64,000 nucleotides of DNA, from positions 4,838,001 through 4,902,000 of the forward strand of contig CM052817.1 of the NCBI GenBank assembly GCA_028534125.1, in the 5' to 3' direction. This document shows positions 49,477 to 62,150 of the stretch, one piece after another. A program made the position numbers and the translations under genes. Origin of the DNA: Lama glama (lineage: Eukaryota). Under the pieces are notes generated by a model. It ran no database searches, was not told the origin of the DNA, and saw only the letters and a list, made by a program, of their open reading frames with translations. Each line of letters begins with the position of its first letter. Position 1 is the stretch's first letter.

Positions 49477-49866
49477 TAGAGAAAGACAATTACGGCATGA
49501 TATCACTTATATGCAGAATGTAAAAAATGAACTTATTTACAAAATAAAAACAGACTCACAGGCATAGAAAACAAATTGTGGTTACCAAAAGTGGGGGCGG
49601 GAGGGATAAATTAGGAGTCTGGGATTAACAGATACAAACTACTACCTACAAAACAGATAAACAACAAGGACCTACTGTGTAGTACTGTATGGTATATTCA
49701 ATAGTTTGTAATAAACTATAATGAAAAAGTATATACATATGTACACACTTATGTATAACTGAATCATTTTGCTGTGCACCTGAAACTAACACAACATTGT
49801 AAATCAATTACACTTCAATAACTTTTTTTTAAATTTTAAAAATAAAACTAAAAACACAAAATAAAA
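49477..49866 (+). mobile_element. Young L1 3' end with TSD
   Basis: agagaaagacaattacggcatgatatcacttatatg...gggataaattaggagtctgggattaacagatac...acacaacattgtaaatcaattacacttcaat, then an A tail. TSD tactatgtctt at 49466-49476 and 49867-49877. Confidence 0.9.
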
Positions 49867-49871
49867 TACTA

Positions 49872-50200
49872 TGTCTTAGTCAGCTCCAGCTGCTATAACA
49901 AAACACCAGAGATTGGGGGCTTAAACTACAAACTTTTATTTCTCTCAGTTCTAGAGACTGAAAGTCTGAGCTCAAGCTCCCAACAGACTCAGCGTCTGGT
50001 AAGCGTCTGCTTCCTGGTTCACAGACCGTCTCCCTGCTGCGTCCTCACATGGCAAGGGGCGAGGGAGCTCTCTGGGGTCTCTGGTATAAAGCACGGATCT
50101 CATTTATCACCTCCTAAAGACCTCACCTCCAAACACCATCACATTGGGGGTAAGGTTTCAACATGTGAATTTGGGGGGGTACAAACATTCAGTCTACAAC
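49872..50200 (-). mobile_element. MaLR LTR (MLT1A-like)
   Basis: tgtcttagtcagctccagctgctataacaaaacacca...tttctctcagttctagagactgaaagtctgag...catcacattgggggtaaggtttcaacatgtgaatttgggggg...aaacattcagtcta. Confidence 0.85.
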
Positions 50201-50326
50201 CTGCCAGAACACTGCCTGATGTGCAACTACGGTAACGGAGACTAGAGGTAAATACGGTCTTTCAACAGAATCAATGTATTACTGTATGTGGCACACAGTA
50301 GGTAAACAATCATTTGTTGTGAGGAT

Positions 50327-50473
50327 TTTTTTTTATAACAGGAGAGCTCTAAGAATTTTGGGGGGCAGTAATTAAGCTTATTTATTTATTTATTTTAATG
50401 GAGGTAGTGGGGACTGAGACCAGGACCTCGTGCATGCTAGGCACATGCTCTACCACTGAGCTATAATCTCCCC
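50327..50473 (-). mobile_element. tRNA-derived SINE (camelid Vic-1-like)
   Basis: aatggaggtagtggggactgagaccaggacctcgtgcatgctaggcacatgctctaccactgagctataatctcccc. TSD gttgtgaggat / gttgcaaggat. Confidence 0.88.
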
Positions 50474-51503
50474 GTTGCAAGGATGTTGAATGGATTATCA
50501 TTATGCCCTCAGCTTCAGTTTCCTCCTAGGTAAAGGGGGAGAGTAAAGTTAACTCCCCAGGTTGTCACAAGAATGAAGTACTACGGCGGATTTCAAATAA
50601 ATGGTTGATATAATGAACTTCAAAAGCTCCCTTCACTGAACTAAAAATACAATCGGGGAGACTGGCCACTTGTTTGTTCTGATTCACAGCTTAAGATACA
50701 AGTTTGTTTACTTTTCAAATGAACAGATTTGCCTTTACACTGTGAAACAAGACTGTTGGTTTGTTTTTGTTTATTTCTCTCTGGGAGGGACTGATGCCTA
50801 ATTCATGGGGTCATTATGCAGAGTGAGTGAGTTCACATAAAGGAAGCCTGGCCTGTAGGAGGTGCTCCATATCTGTCAGTATCCCCTTCTCTAAACAAAT
50901 AAACAAACGTCCCCCAGGCAATCACAGCTGTCAATCTCCACCTCCCTCCCTCTTCTGCCTGAATCCCATCAGCCAACGGACACATGGCCCCCAGCTCCTC
51001 CCTGGGCCCTCCTGGTGACCTCCTGTGGTCTGAGCTGTCACTGGAGGGGAGGTAGTTCTTCCTGTCACCCCACTGTTGAAGAGGCCCATTTATCTGCTGC
51101 TGAATGCCCGCCAGTGGCTCCTGCAAGGCTGCGCATGTGACAGTGAACTCCACATGGGGTCTCTGCCTTCACGGAGTCTGAAGTCTAACAAGGGAAAGAC
51201 TGACAAGTCAGTAAACCCACGAGTCGAGTGCATATAACACACACCTCCATGGATGCAGAAGAGCAACAGTGCAGGCTTAGTCTGAGGCGAGGGCAAGAAA
51301 AGTCTCCATGGAAAAGGTAGGATTTGTGATTTTGATGACTGGCTGAGGTTTGAACGTGCAGAGATGGGTGGAGCAGAAAGAACAGCACAGACAAGGACAA
51401 GAAGGCTGGAGACCACGGGCCCAGGTATCATGCAGGCACGAGGTGGGGCGAGGTGAGAGGCAAGGTGTGGGTGATGGGTCAGGGCATCCTAGGGAAAGCC
51501 TTG

Positions 51504-51586
51504 ATGAAGATGAAGAGGAGGGCAGGAGGAGGAGGAGAACAGGGAGGAGGAAGAGGAAGAGGAGGAGGGGGAGGAAGAGGAGGAGA
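51504..51586. repeat. Purine-rich (GAG/GAA)n low-complexity repeat
   Basis: gaagaggagggcaggaggaggaggagaacagggaggaggaagaggaagaggaggagggg... Confidence 0.9.
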
Positions 51587-51744
51587 AAAATAGCTATTTT
51601 GCGCTTGTCCTGTAACCATAATGACAAAGTACTTTCACTGCCATGTTTGTACCCCCACTTCATTCTAGCCCGTGGAACTGCTGACATTTCAGATCCTGTT
51701 TAGACCTCCCAAGAACCCTATGAGGTAGGGAATCCAACCCCTGT

Positions 51745-51960
51745 GGCTTAGCGAGGTGGTTAAGAGCACAGGCTTTGAAAGCAGAGAGACCTGGGCTTAA
51801 ACCTGGCTCCACCACCCACTGGCTGTGTGACATTGGGCAGTTTGCTTAACTTCTCTGAATCTCAGTCTGTAACCTATCCCCTGGTCTTGCTGGGACCTGA
51901 CAGACATACGAAAAGTGCTTAGCCGTGTACCTAACACTTTGAAAGTACTGGCTAAACATA
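51745..51960 (+). mobile_element. MIR SINE nested in an antisense MIR
   Basis: gtggttaagagcacaggctttgaaagcagagagacctgggcttaaacctggctccaccacccactggctgtgtgacattgggcag. Antisense MIR sequence lies on both sides (aaccctatgaggtagg before; aagaaacagaggtccagggag after). Confidence 0.8.
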
Positions 51961-52124
51961 CACTGATTGAAGAAACAGAGGTCCAGGGAGCCTAAAAGAT
52001 TTGCCTGAGGCTGCACAGTTAATATATGATCAAGTAGACATTTGATCTGCAGGCTGTCTGACTCCTAAGTCAGTGATCAGCTCATAGTGAAATTATTGCA
52101 CTGTGACAATGACAATGACAATGA

Positions 52125-52285
52125 TGATAAACAACTAATATTCACTGAGTGCTGGCTCACTGCCCTGAATACCTCATGTATTAATTTACCTAACCTCTGC
52201 AACAACCCAAGGAAGTAGTACAATTATTACGTCCATTTAATAGATGAGTAAACTGAGGCCCAGGATGGTCAGATGACTTGAAAAG
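52125..52285 (-). mobile_element. MIR SINE
   Basis: aacaacccaaggaagtagtacaattattacgtccatttaatagatgagtaaactgaggccc. Confidence 0.75.
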
Positions 52286-52779
52286 CTCAGAGGCACCCAT
52301 CTTCCTAAAAAGAAGGAAATGGCTCATTGCAGAGTGATCCAAGGGCCGCCCCAGATTCATCTGTACTGAGCTACAGTGCAGAATTGGCCCCTTGCGTTGG
52401 TGCCACATGTCTGGAGCTATGGAGGAGGGGATGCCTCAGCCTTCAAACTATTGGTCCTGACCAGACTCCATTCCTTTCCTCAGATGCACTTGGAGAACAT
52501 GCATTTGCATACGTAGGCTGGAGAGTCAGTCTGCGACATTATGCCTTTGTAACAAGGTGCTCTTTTCAAGGAGATGGCTGCGAGATTACGTATGTGCTGA
52601 GCTGTGGGTGTGTGTCTGACATTTTCACTTTCCAATGGAAGTGCTTCGATGATGCATAATTTAAGTCTTCTAGGAATTGTGCTGTTACATCCAAACCAGG
52701 CTGTCAGCCTCTAAAAATTCACATAATTGACCAAAATTCCTTGTGTCGGCAACTTGAAACATATTGTCCTTGGAGAAGT

Positions 52780-53030
52780 AATGGCATTGATGAAATGGTC
52801 TGGATTTTGGAGGCAGACAGCTGGGGGCAAGGGAGCACATCTTGATTCTATTTTCTTTTCAGCTTTGCAACTTTGGACTAGTCTTTAAAGTTTCTAACTA
52901 TTTTCTCCTCTGTAGAAGAGGGTATTGTAAATGCTTCCTAGGGGTTTAGGATAATCAGGTAAGATAATGTAGATGAGGAATACAGCATCAAGACTAGCAT
53001 ATGGTAAGTGTTCACGATAAACTGAGGCTA
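52780..53030 (+). mobile_element. MIR SINE
   Basis: tggattttggaggcagacag...tttctcctctgtagaagagggtatt...ctagcatatggtaagtgttcacgataaa. Confidence 0.7.
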
Positions 53031-53839
53031 CCATGATTATTATGTCATCATCATTAGTTCAGTTCAGTTTACCAGCTATGTACTGAGTGCATGGTCAACT
53101 ATGTGTCCGGCAGTCGGTTCTCTAAAAGGTCAAAAATACGAGAGACAAAGAGTTAGAAAAGGCTGGTCCCTGCCTCCTTGGAACACAGGAATGGGTGGGG
53201 TAAAGCAATTCCATGAGCCGATTCTCTTGCACACTGTTACTCCCCTCACTGTCTTTAGAATTTTGACTGTTGATTGCCCCAGTCAAGCAAGGTAAATTTC
53301 ACTTCCAGATACACAGTCTCCCAATCTCTCTCTCCTCCCTCCCTCCATCTTACCGTCAATGTCTTAAGTCCAGACTTGCATCCTCTCTGTCCTCAACCTC
53401 TGCGTCTACAGAAACACTGGAGGTTGGAAGCTGGGAGAAAGATGGAGCACGCTGAATAAGGAGGAGGGGCCGTGAGAAGGATGGGCGCCTAGCTGGGCAG
53501 AACTTTGAAAATCAAACAAAGACATTTGGGCTTTTTCTGAAAGGCAATCAGGAGTCATGAACAAAGCTCACAGAGGGAAGGAAGTGGTTTCTGAAGATGG
53601 AGTTTAATGAAGGTTGCTTGTGAGGCATTATGATAAGTTATCAGACGTTGGACGCAACGATCGTATTTACCAGATGGGACTGACCTGGGTGAATCAAGCT
53701 GGGATTAGTCTCTCTCATCTCTTCCCCACCCACCACCGCGTGATCAGTGAGTTCTCCTGCCCCACATCAGTGACCAGTGGCTGGAAGTCACAGACAGGAA
53801 TCCAAAGCCAGAGCTAGAGCAGGGAGGCTGGGAGCCCTT

Positions 53840-54045
53840 GGAGCATCGTGGACAGAGCTCCTATTCTGAAGCCAGAATCATGCCTGCAAATCCCACCAGT
53901 TGAGTGACTTTAATGAAGTCAGTTAGTCTTGCTGGGACTCAGCTTTCTTACCTGTAAGTGGGAAAATTTCTCATGACTGGTGTGAAGATCAACTGTCATA
54001 AAAACTACACAGTGTTGTGTATACAGTAAGAACTCAATAAATCAT
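53840..54045 (+). mobile_element. MIR SINE
   Basis: ttctgaagccaga...gactcagctttcttacctgtaagtggg...atacagtaagaactcaataaat. Confidence 0.7.
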
Positions 54046-54604
54046 ATACGAGACCCAGTTCTCCAGAGAACAGATAGTGGTTTGTTCTTACTTCTCTCTG
54101 TATCACCAGTGTTTGATTATCATTCGTTCTACTCAGCAATATCCGGTTCTCCTTCCTACAGGCTGGATGTACTGCATACAGCATGAACAACAGACAGACT
54201 TTTGCTGTTTTAAGCCCTTGAGAATTGGTGGGGCTGTTTGTTACTGCAGCATAACTTAGCCCATCCTGACCAATACAGCAGTGCTTGTAACAATAACAGC
54301 AACTCAAATAATGTTCTCTTTTTCAATAAATGTACATTAAAAGAATTGGGAATTAGAAAGTAGGAGGTGGGCAGAAGAAAAAGGAAAAGGATGAAAGGAA
54401 GTATCCAGATAAAGGACAACAAACATATGTCAAATTCCACATGGCTGTTTGTCACATGGCTAGAAAAATACCAGCCTATTTCCCCTCCAGGGTCTACTCC
54501 CAGTACCTTGGGCTGGGATAAGTGGCAAGATCGACCTGGGGCAAATCAAAAGAGGTTTTAATCCTCTAGGAAGTTGGAGAAGATGGAGACACAGTGGGGG
54601 ATGA

Positions 54605-54808
54605 CAGGGGTCAGGATAGATGCTGTGGGGTAAATATTTTAGGCACTAAGGGCCATACAACCCTGCTACAATTACTCTGCCTTGTCATGTGACTACAGCC
54701 AGACCTGATCCCCAAAGAAATGAGCATGGCTGTGTTCCAATAAAACTTTATTTACAAAAACAGGAGGCATGCCAGATTTGGTCCATGAGCCATAATGTGC
54801 CAACTCCA
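54605..54808 (+). mobile_element. MER58A-like hAT-Charlie MITE
   Basis: caggggtcag...gtaaatattttaggc...atgagcatggctgtgttccaataaaactttatttacaaaaacagg...ccagatttggtccatgagccataatgtgccaactcc. Confidence 0.85.
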
Positions 54809-55429
54809 CCAAGACTGAAAACCAGAAACATCTAAAGCAGTTCAGAATTAAGTGGGTCAAGAAGGGACTGAGTCTACAATGGCACCTTGACCCAGGTAGT
54901 AGCCAGCGTGAAAAGAATAAAATAAAGGGAATTACAGAGAAAAAAGCAGAAGAATTCGTGGAAGCAGAGAGAAGGGAGCCCAGCCCCCAGCCCCACGCTC
55001 TTCCCGACCCGCGGCTCAGGTTCCTCCCCGTACGTGTGTCTGTCCTCGTGGGCGCAGGGCAGTTCTGGCGGATGCTGTCTCGTTTCCGCAGAAACAGATC
55101 TGGGCTTATGCAAACACTCCACAAATGGGCCTTCCACACCCCCCTCCACAGCTGCTCCCCTCCACTCTCATGTGCGTGACTCATCCTCAGTCATCTCAAT
55201 TACCAAGCCCTCCGCTTGCCGGTCCCTCCATCTGCCAGTGCTCTTCCTCACCAGGCCACCAGCCACCACCACTGAGAGGTAGTGACTCAGTTATCAGCTC
55301 CAGGACTAGAGAATTGTGTGATCTCTCCCAGCCATAACCGCCATCGACTACTGACCGTGTTACTGTTTCTAAGAAGTACGGCAGCTCTGTGGAGGAGCAG
55401 CCAGGAAGCGGGGATACTGAAAATGTTGA

Positions 55430-55519
55430 TTTTATTTTTTTTATGGAGGTACTGGGGATTGAACCCAGGACCTCATGCGTGCTAAGCATGTGCTCCACCC
55501 CTGAGCTATACCCTCCTCC
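55430..55519 (-). mobile_element. tRNA-derived SINE (camelid Vic-1-like)
   Basis: ttttatggaggtactggggattgaacccaggacctcatgcgtgctaagcatgtgctccacccctgagctataccctcc. Confidence 0.9.
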
Positions 55520-56729
55520 TTGAAAGTGAGTATTTAAAACGATCTTCCTGCAAATCCACTTAGACGGAAGCCGCTGCCCGCCCCACTGTGAGGGCCATCC
55601 TCTGCTGAGGGAAGTCAGGAGTCAGAAGGAAGGTTCTGGTGAATTACTACGAGAGAGAAAGTCACCACTTTCACTGGTGTGGAAGGGAGTTTGCTTGATT
55701 TTTTGCTTTTCTGCTAGGCATGCTGCCATGGGAAGATATCTGACCAGAAACCCTGTCTCTATCCCTGTCACAACTTGAGAAGAAAAAAACACAGGGGACA
55801 CCCTAGACTAAGTCAGTCGGTTTAACACCATAAAGCTTTCTGACCCAGCCCCCTGCTGGGAAGTCTCGGTCCGTCCGGGACCAGACTGGCTGGGCCTCTG
55901 GTGCCAACGGCATCCTTCTGACTTAGGCAGAGCCGGAATTACAGCTAGCACGAGCTGCCCTTTCCATCCCTTTGCCACAGGGTTTCACCCCAAACTTGTG
56001 TCCCAGTATCTTCTGATGGCGGGAGGAGTGGGGTAAGAGTAAGTAGGAGGGACCTTCTCTATGGCAAGATGGATTCTCCCCAAGGCCCAGGGTAGAGGAT
56101 GAGTGCTCTGCACAATCCCAGGCTGCCCTAGTCTGAGCCACCCTAGACATACGTGGTCCACCGCCATCACTGCCACCAGCTCCCCCACTGTCATTTCTCC
56201 GCTTCAAGCCTGAACCCCTGAAATTACAACTCAAATCAGATGAAAAACTGCCCCGGCCAACAGCAGAGACCACAGAGGCGAGGAGCAGCTAGCCAGAGTG
56301 GCCCTCAGGGTTCTGGCCACCCACAACATTGTCTAGTCGAATCCAATTAGGCCCACGGGCAACATCCCTCCTTCTCCATGTCTCCGTGTGCCCTGGACCC
56401 TGCCTTGTATTTGGAGAGAATGAGGGAGTGGAAGCAAAGGAGGAGGAACCTCAAGGGCCCCCAGCCCACCCACAGCCACCAGTGGTCCACCAAGGAAGAG
56501 GAAGAACTGTATTTTGCACAAGAACCCAAAGATGTGGGTTCTTACCATGTCTCTGCAAGCCACCTCCCCTCTCTTGGCCTCAGTTTTCCCATCTGCAGCC
56601 CATCATAGTCCCACCAGAGCACAGTCAATAAAATGGCCACCGAAGTGAATTGTGGTCATCTCACTAGTTCACCTCCAGGACTCTGTCCAGCTCTAGAGTG
56701 CTACACTTCTGCCCTTTCAGACATGCTCC

Positions 56730-57120
56730 TTTCTGAGCTGGGCTTTTGCAGACGCAGACCCCGAGATTAGGATTCATCAGCAAGCGATCGGTTGAGCAGT
56801 GTTCCCGGGGGGACCAGCAAGACAGGGAAGCAAGGGTGTGATGTCAGGTAATTGCAGCCTCAGTCCGATCCTGCAGGAAGCTCTGGACGGCACAGACCTC
56901 AGGGCAAGAGAGCTGGGCTCTCACAGTCCTGGGACCATCAGTCACTAGCTACAGGGTCACCTGGGAGGGCTGTGAGCTCCCAGGCAGGCAGGCACTTCTG
57001 GCTGCGCAGTAAGTCGCCAAAGCACGTCCAGGAGCACAAGACAGCTCCCTGTAGAAGGCTGTAAGTGGTGATCCCTGGAGGTCATGCGTAAGGAAGCTGG
57101 GCAGTGGGCAGACAGAACTG
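56730..57120 (-). mobile_element. Old ERVL-type solo LTR (LTR16/LTR33 group)
   Basis: gcagaccccgagattaggattcatcagcaagcgat...gcagcctcagtccgatcctgcaggaagctctgga. Confidence 0.5.
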
Positions 57121-57214
57121 ACGGGAAAGATCGAAAGGCTTCTGGATTGAGAACCACCAGATTTAGTTGTAAATATGAAAATTAGAAATGCAGACATAGA
57201 CCTTCTAGGTTGCA

Positions 57215-57550
57215 ATGAAAAATTATTGAGACCTACTGTGTGCCAGGCAGTATGTCAGGCACTGAGGATCTAACAGTGAGAACAGAAGAATCTTGTTTCC
57301 ATCCTCACGGAGTTTACAGTGCAACAGGCGGTGGTCCCAAGCACGGCCCACATCCATGTGATGTCACGACAGTGCTAAGTGATACAAGTGTGCTTAAAGG
57401 CGTGTGTCGGGAGAACATGTCAGCGGGGGGACCAGGGGAAGTGGGCGATGAGCTAGCTGCCCTTGGAGAGAGGAGACGGCGTTAGCAGGCACAGCTGCAG
57501 CGCGTGGGGAAGGATCAGCGCTGCAGACGGAAGGGAGGGAACGTGCACAG
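57215..57550 (-). mobile_element. L2 LINE 3' fragment
   Basis: ttattgagacctactgtgtgccaggcagtatgtcaggcactgaggatctaacagtgagaa...cctcacggagtttacagt. Confidence 0.75.
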
Positions 57551-57944
57551 TGTTTATTAAATGGAAGTGAGAGAACGTCAGAAACAAAAACTCCAGCATT
57601 TTGATCGTTCAGGGAAGAAAGCACTAAAAGATCATCTAAAGAGGCGGATCTGGGGAAGACAGGGACACCATCTTCTGCTGAACGCCTGGGTCCCACGTAG
57701 GACACCCAATATGTAAGTTATTTTACGGATTCATCACAGCAACAGAGCCTTCATCTTTCTAGAGAAAAGTGCATTTGAAGCCATAGCTCACATGGATTCC
57801 TTCTGGAGCCAGGATTCCATTTCAGATTTCCTATTTGCCAAAGTCCAAGCCCTTTCCATAATTCCATACAGTGGATTTGTTTCCCAAACCAAGGTATATA
57901 TTTTTTTTCCATATGGGGCACACTAAGCGGAGGTTAATTTTTAA

Positions 57945-60375
57945 AAGCTGAAATTTTGTCCCTTTGACTATCATCTCCCAATTCCCCCCAACCCAGCCCC
58001 CAGCGCCACCATCCTACTCTCTGCTTCCATGAGACTGATTGTTCCAGATTCCACATACAGATGAGATCCTATGTATTTGACATTCTCTGTCTTATTTCAC
58101 TCAGCATAATGACCTCTAGGGCCACCCATGTTGTGGCAATATAGCAGGATTTCTTCTTTTTAAAGGTAGAGTAATATTCTACTATATGTATACACACATT
58201 TTCTCCACCCGTTCATCCATCAATGGTAATTTAGTTTATTTCCATACCCTAACTATTGTGAATAATACCTCAGTGAATATGGGGGTGCAGCTACCTCTTC
58301 AAGGTCCTGATTTCAATTCCTTTGGATAGATACCCAGAAGTGGGACCACAGGATCACGGTTTTAATTTTCTGAGGAACCTCCATGCTATTTTCCATAATG
58401 ACTGTACCAATTTATACTCCCATCAGCCTTCCTCCACGTCCTCACCGACACTTGCTACCTTCTGCTTTTTTAATAACAGCCTTCCTGTGAGAAATGATGT
58501 CTCACTGTAGTTTTGATTTGCATTTCTCTAATGACTAGTGATGTTGAACTTTTTTCATATACCTGTTGGCCATTTGTGTATCTTCTTTGGAGCAATGTCT
58601 ACTTAGGTCCTCTGCCCATTTTTTAAAGTTGAATTATTTGACTTTTTCTGTTTAATTGTTCCTTACACATTTTGGGTATTAGCTTCTTATTACATCTATG
58701 GGTTACAAATATATCCCCCTATTCTGTAGGTTGCCTTTTCATTTTGTTGATTTTTCCCCTTTGTGGCGCAAGTGTTTTGTTTTTATGTAGGCCCACATGT
58801 TTATTTTTGCTTTTTTGTTGTCTATGCTTTTGGTGTCAGATCCAAGAAATCATTGCCAAGACTGATGTCAAGGAGTTTTTTTTTCCCCTATATTTTCTTA
58901 TAGGAGTTTTAGAATTTCAGGTCTTACATTTAAATCTTTAAACCATTTTGAGTTGAGTTCTGTATATTGTTTAAGATAAGGGTCCAATTCTTTTGAATTG
59001 GGATATATATAGGTTTCCCAGTGCCATTTACTGAAGAGACTATTCTTTCTCCATCATGTATTCTCGGTGCACTTGCCAATGATTAATGGTGTTAGCTGCA
59101 GGTCTGTCATATACGGCCAACATTATGTTGAAACATTTCTTCTATGCCAAATTTGTTGAGACTTCTTATCGTGAAAGGATGTTAAACTTTGTCAAATGCA
59201 TTTTCTGCATCTATTGAAATGATCATATGATTTTCATTACCTTTCATTATGTTAACATGGTGAATTACATTTACTGATTCATGTGTGTTAAACCATCCTT
59301 GTATCCCAGGGATAAATATCACTCGATCAGAGTGTATGGTTCTTATAATGGTCTTTTGAATTTCGTTGGCTGACATGTTGTTGAGCAAATTCGCATCTGT
59401 ATTTGTTAGGGATATTGGCCGGTAATTTTCTTTCCTTATAGTGCCCTTGTCTGGGTTTGGAATCAGAATAATGCTGCCCTTGCAAAATGAGTTTGGAAGT
59501 GTTTCCGCCTGTACAGTTTTTTTCTGGAAGAGTTGCAGTAGGATTGGCATTATTCTTTAAATTTTTGGTAGAATTCACCAGTGAAGCCATCTGGTCCTGG
59601 GCTTTTCTTTGTTGGCAGGGTTTTTATTACCAATTCAATCTCCTTGCTCATTACTGATCTGTTCAGATTTTTACCTTCATGATTTAATTTTGAAAGGTCA
59701 TATATTTCAGGGAACTTATTCATTTCTTCTAGATTATCCAATTTGCTGAGGCACAATAGTTCATAGTAGCTCTTACAATCCTTTGTATCTGCCGTATCAG
59801 TCATAATAACTCCTTTTTCACCTATAATTTTATTCATATAAGATTTTTTCCTTTTTCTTAGTCTAGCTAAAAGTTTTACAATTTTATCTTTTAAAACTCA
59901 ACTCAGTTTCTCTAGTCTCTATTTAAAAATTTCTGCTTTAATCTTTATTAGTTCCTCCCTTCTACTAACTGAGTTTAGTTTGTTTCTTTTCCTAGTTCCT
60001 TGAGATATAAAGTTAGGGTTTTTATTTGAGATCTTTCACTTTTCTTAATGTGGACATTTATCATTATAAACATCCTTCTTAAAACTTCCTTTGCCACATC
60101 CTATAACTTTTGATATATTGTGTTTCCATTTTTGTCTCAAGATTTTTTAGAATTTCCATTTAAAATTTCTTCTTTGACCCATTGGCTGCTCAGAGGTGTG
60201 CTGTTTAATTTCGGCAAATTTGCTAATTTTCTTCCTGTTATTGGTTTCTAATTTCATATCATTATGGACAACCAAGACACTTGATTTGATTTCAGTCTTC
60301 TTAAATTTCTTAAGACTTGTTTTGTGACCTAACTTGTGGTCTTCCTGGAGAAGGTTCCATGTGTTTCCTTGGGAA
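57945..60375 (-). mobile_element. LINE-1 (L1MA/MB-like) ORF2 and 3' UTR remnant with internal deletion
   Basis: Minus-strand ORFs [19 protein letters not shown] (59550-59837), [13 protein letters not shown]...[10 protein letters not shown]...[15 protein letters not shown] (59182-59550) and DHKLGHKTSLKKFKK (60147-60437). Antisense 3' UTR at ~57950-58300. Confidence 0.92.
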
Positions 60376-61249
60376 AAACACATAAGCCAGTTCTGCAAAG
60401 AGCCACAGAGCTGGAAGTGGGAGTCAACTCCAGCCAAGATAATTTGGCACCAAGCTCAGTTGTCCATTTCCAAGATGAACATTAGGAGTTGAATTTTGAC
60501 TGAAGTGCCTAGAAGAAACTCCAGAAATTATAGGCATTGGGAGGAGACGGAACAACCAATAGCTGGGGCTGAAGGGCAGGTACCAAGGCCTGAGGCCACT
60601 CTGTTTCAGGGTGCAAGTCCCACATCTAGGGACAGCTCCACATTTTTTGCTGATCAGCTTAAGCAATGCAAGAAGATGGGTAGTCACACTGGCTTTGCCC
60701 CAAAAGCACCTTGCACAGGAGAACTTTGCCTCCTTTCCTCGTCCTTCTCTGTACTTTAAAACTGGGATACAGCTAACTGGGGGGAGGGTACAATTGACGC
60801 CTTGACCACTGAGCAGTGTTTGAATATCAAACAGAACTTTTCCTAAAGCAAGATGCTAGGCTGCCAACTTCCTTAGTGGAAACCCACAGAGCTGGGGTCT
60901 CCCATCTAGGTAGAATGCAGTAATGCTTACTGCATCCTCAGACGCAGGAGCAAGGGCCGGAGCACAGTTGCCTTTCTGGACAGAAGGGAGCTGCTGTCCC
61001 TCCCACTCCAGAGTATCTCTAAAAACACTGTTTGTCTCTCTCCCTGCTCACTCACATCTTCCTAAAACGAGAGGAGAGCCCCCCCCCCCCAGTTGATCAG
61101 ATCTTGACATTTATTTGCTGAGTCCCAAAAAGCAAACCTATTACAGATTTTCCTGCCAGTTATTCCTCCATCCACAGGGTACCAGGAGGGGTCTGTCTTC
61201 TGCTCCCTGCACCCATTTAAACATACCTCCTAGTGCTGAGGGGTTCAGC

Positions 61250-61415
61250 AGCTCACTAGTTTCAACCCTGGCTGTACCTTAGACTAAACTGGGGAGATTT
61301 CAGACCACTGATGCCTGGGCCTCGGTCTCAGCTCAGTCACACCGAGTGGGGTCCCAGCCCCCATAACTGGCAAAGTCACGCAATGATCTGATGCTCAGTA
61401 AAGTCTGAACCAATG
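61250..61415. mobile_element. MER5-type MITE fragment
   Basis: tttcaaccctggctgtaccttagactaaactggggagattt...actgatgcctgggcc. Confidence 0.55.
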
Positions 61416-62004
61416 AGAGGCAATGTGGTTAAGTACATTTGGGGTTTGCTGGCCACAACTCTTCTTAGTTCTGCAACCACATCTGGGCTCATGAATCCCC
61501 ACATCTAGCTTTCAGCTGGAGGAAAGAGGGTTCCATTGTGGCCTCAAGTCCAAGCTGAGCTTTCCAAACTTGCTTTCTGCAGAATCATGCAATGAGGCCT
61601 AGAAATTTTGCCAATATATTAGTAAGAACGCCCTCACCCATCTGGCTCTGCACCCCCATGGATCTGTTGCATCACCCAACCTTGGAGGAGAAGAGCAGCG
61701 TGGGAGGACCTGTGTGCCATGACTCCCTCACACACGACGTGGGAAAGCTTCAACCACTTTAAAAATAGAATAGCTTAGTTCACGAGATCTTGGCCAGTCC
61801 CACAAGTGACTTTAGGTGGCTTCAAACATAAATATAGAAAACAGAATGGTGATAAAAATAGAAAGATTTGAGACCAAGGAATTTTAATGTCAAGTAGAAA
61901 GCAAAGCAATAAAAAAAAAAAGCAGAGAAATGCATATCAAAATGAAGCAGGAAATGAACTTACAAATACACAGTGAAGAATGAATGTCGTTCAACAAGAG
62001 AAGA

Positions 62005-62150
62005 GCTCAGGCACTGTGTCATTTAATAACACATATTTAAAGCCTAAGAACTAGACATTGGTCCCATTTTACAGATGATGAAACTGAGTCCCAATGGATT
62101 ATCCCAAGTCCCACAGTCAGTGACTTTAAACTCAACTTCAGGTCTGTTTG
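62005..62150 (-). mobile_element. MIR SINE
   Basis: cccattttacagatgatgaaactgagtcc...cccaagtcccacag. Confidence 0.75.

Noticed and set aside
51277..51703. ORFs with Glu/Arg-rich or Leu-rich tracts
   Set aside because: Translations of the purine-rich simple repeat.
59182..59837. Reverse transcriptase-like ORFs
   Set aside because: Frameshifted, internally deleted L1 ORF2 fossil. Not a functional or novel RT system.
60915..60935. Hairpin atgcagtaa-tgc-ttactgcat
   Set aside because: A 9-bp stem is expected by chance in 64 kb and is too short for a pre-miRNA.
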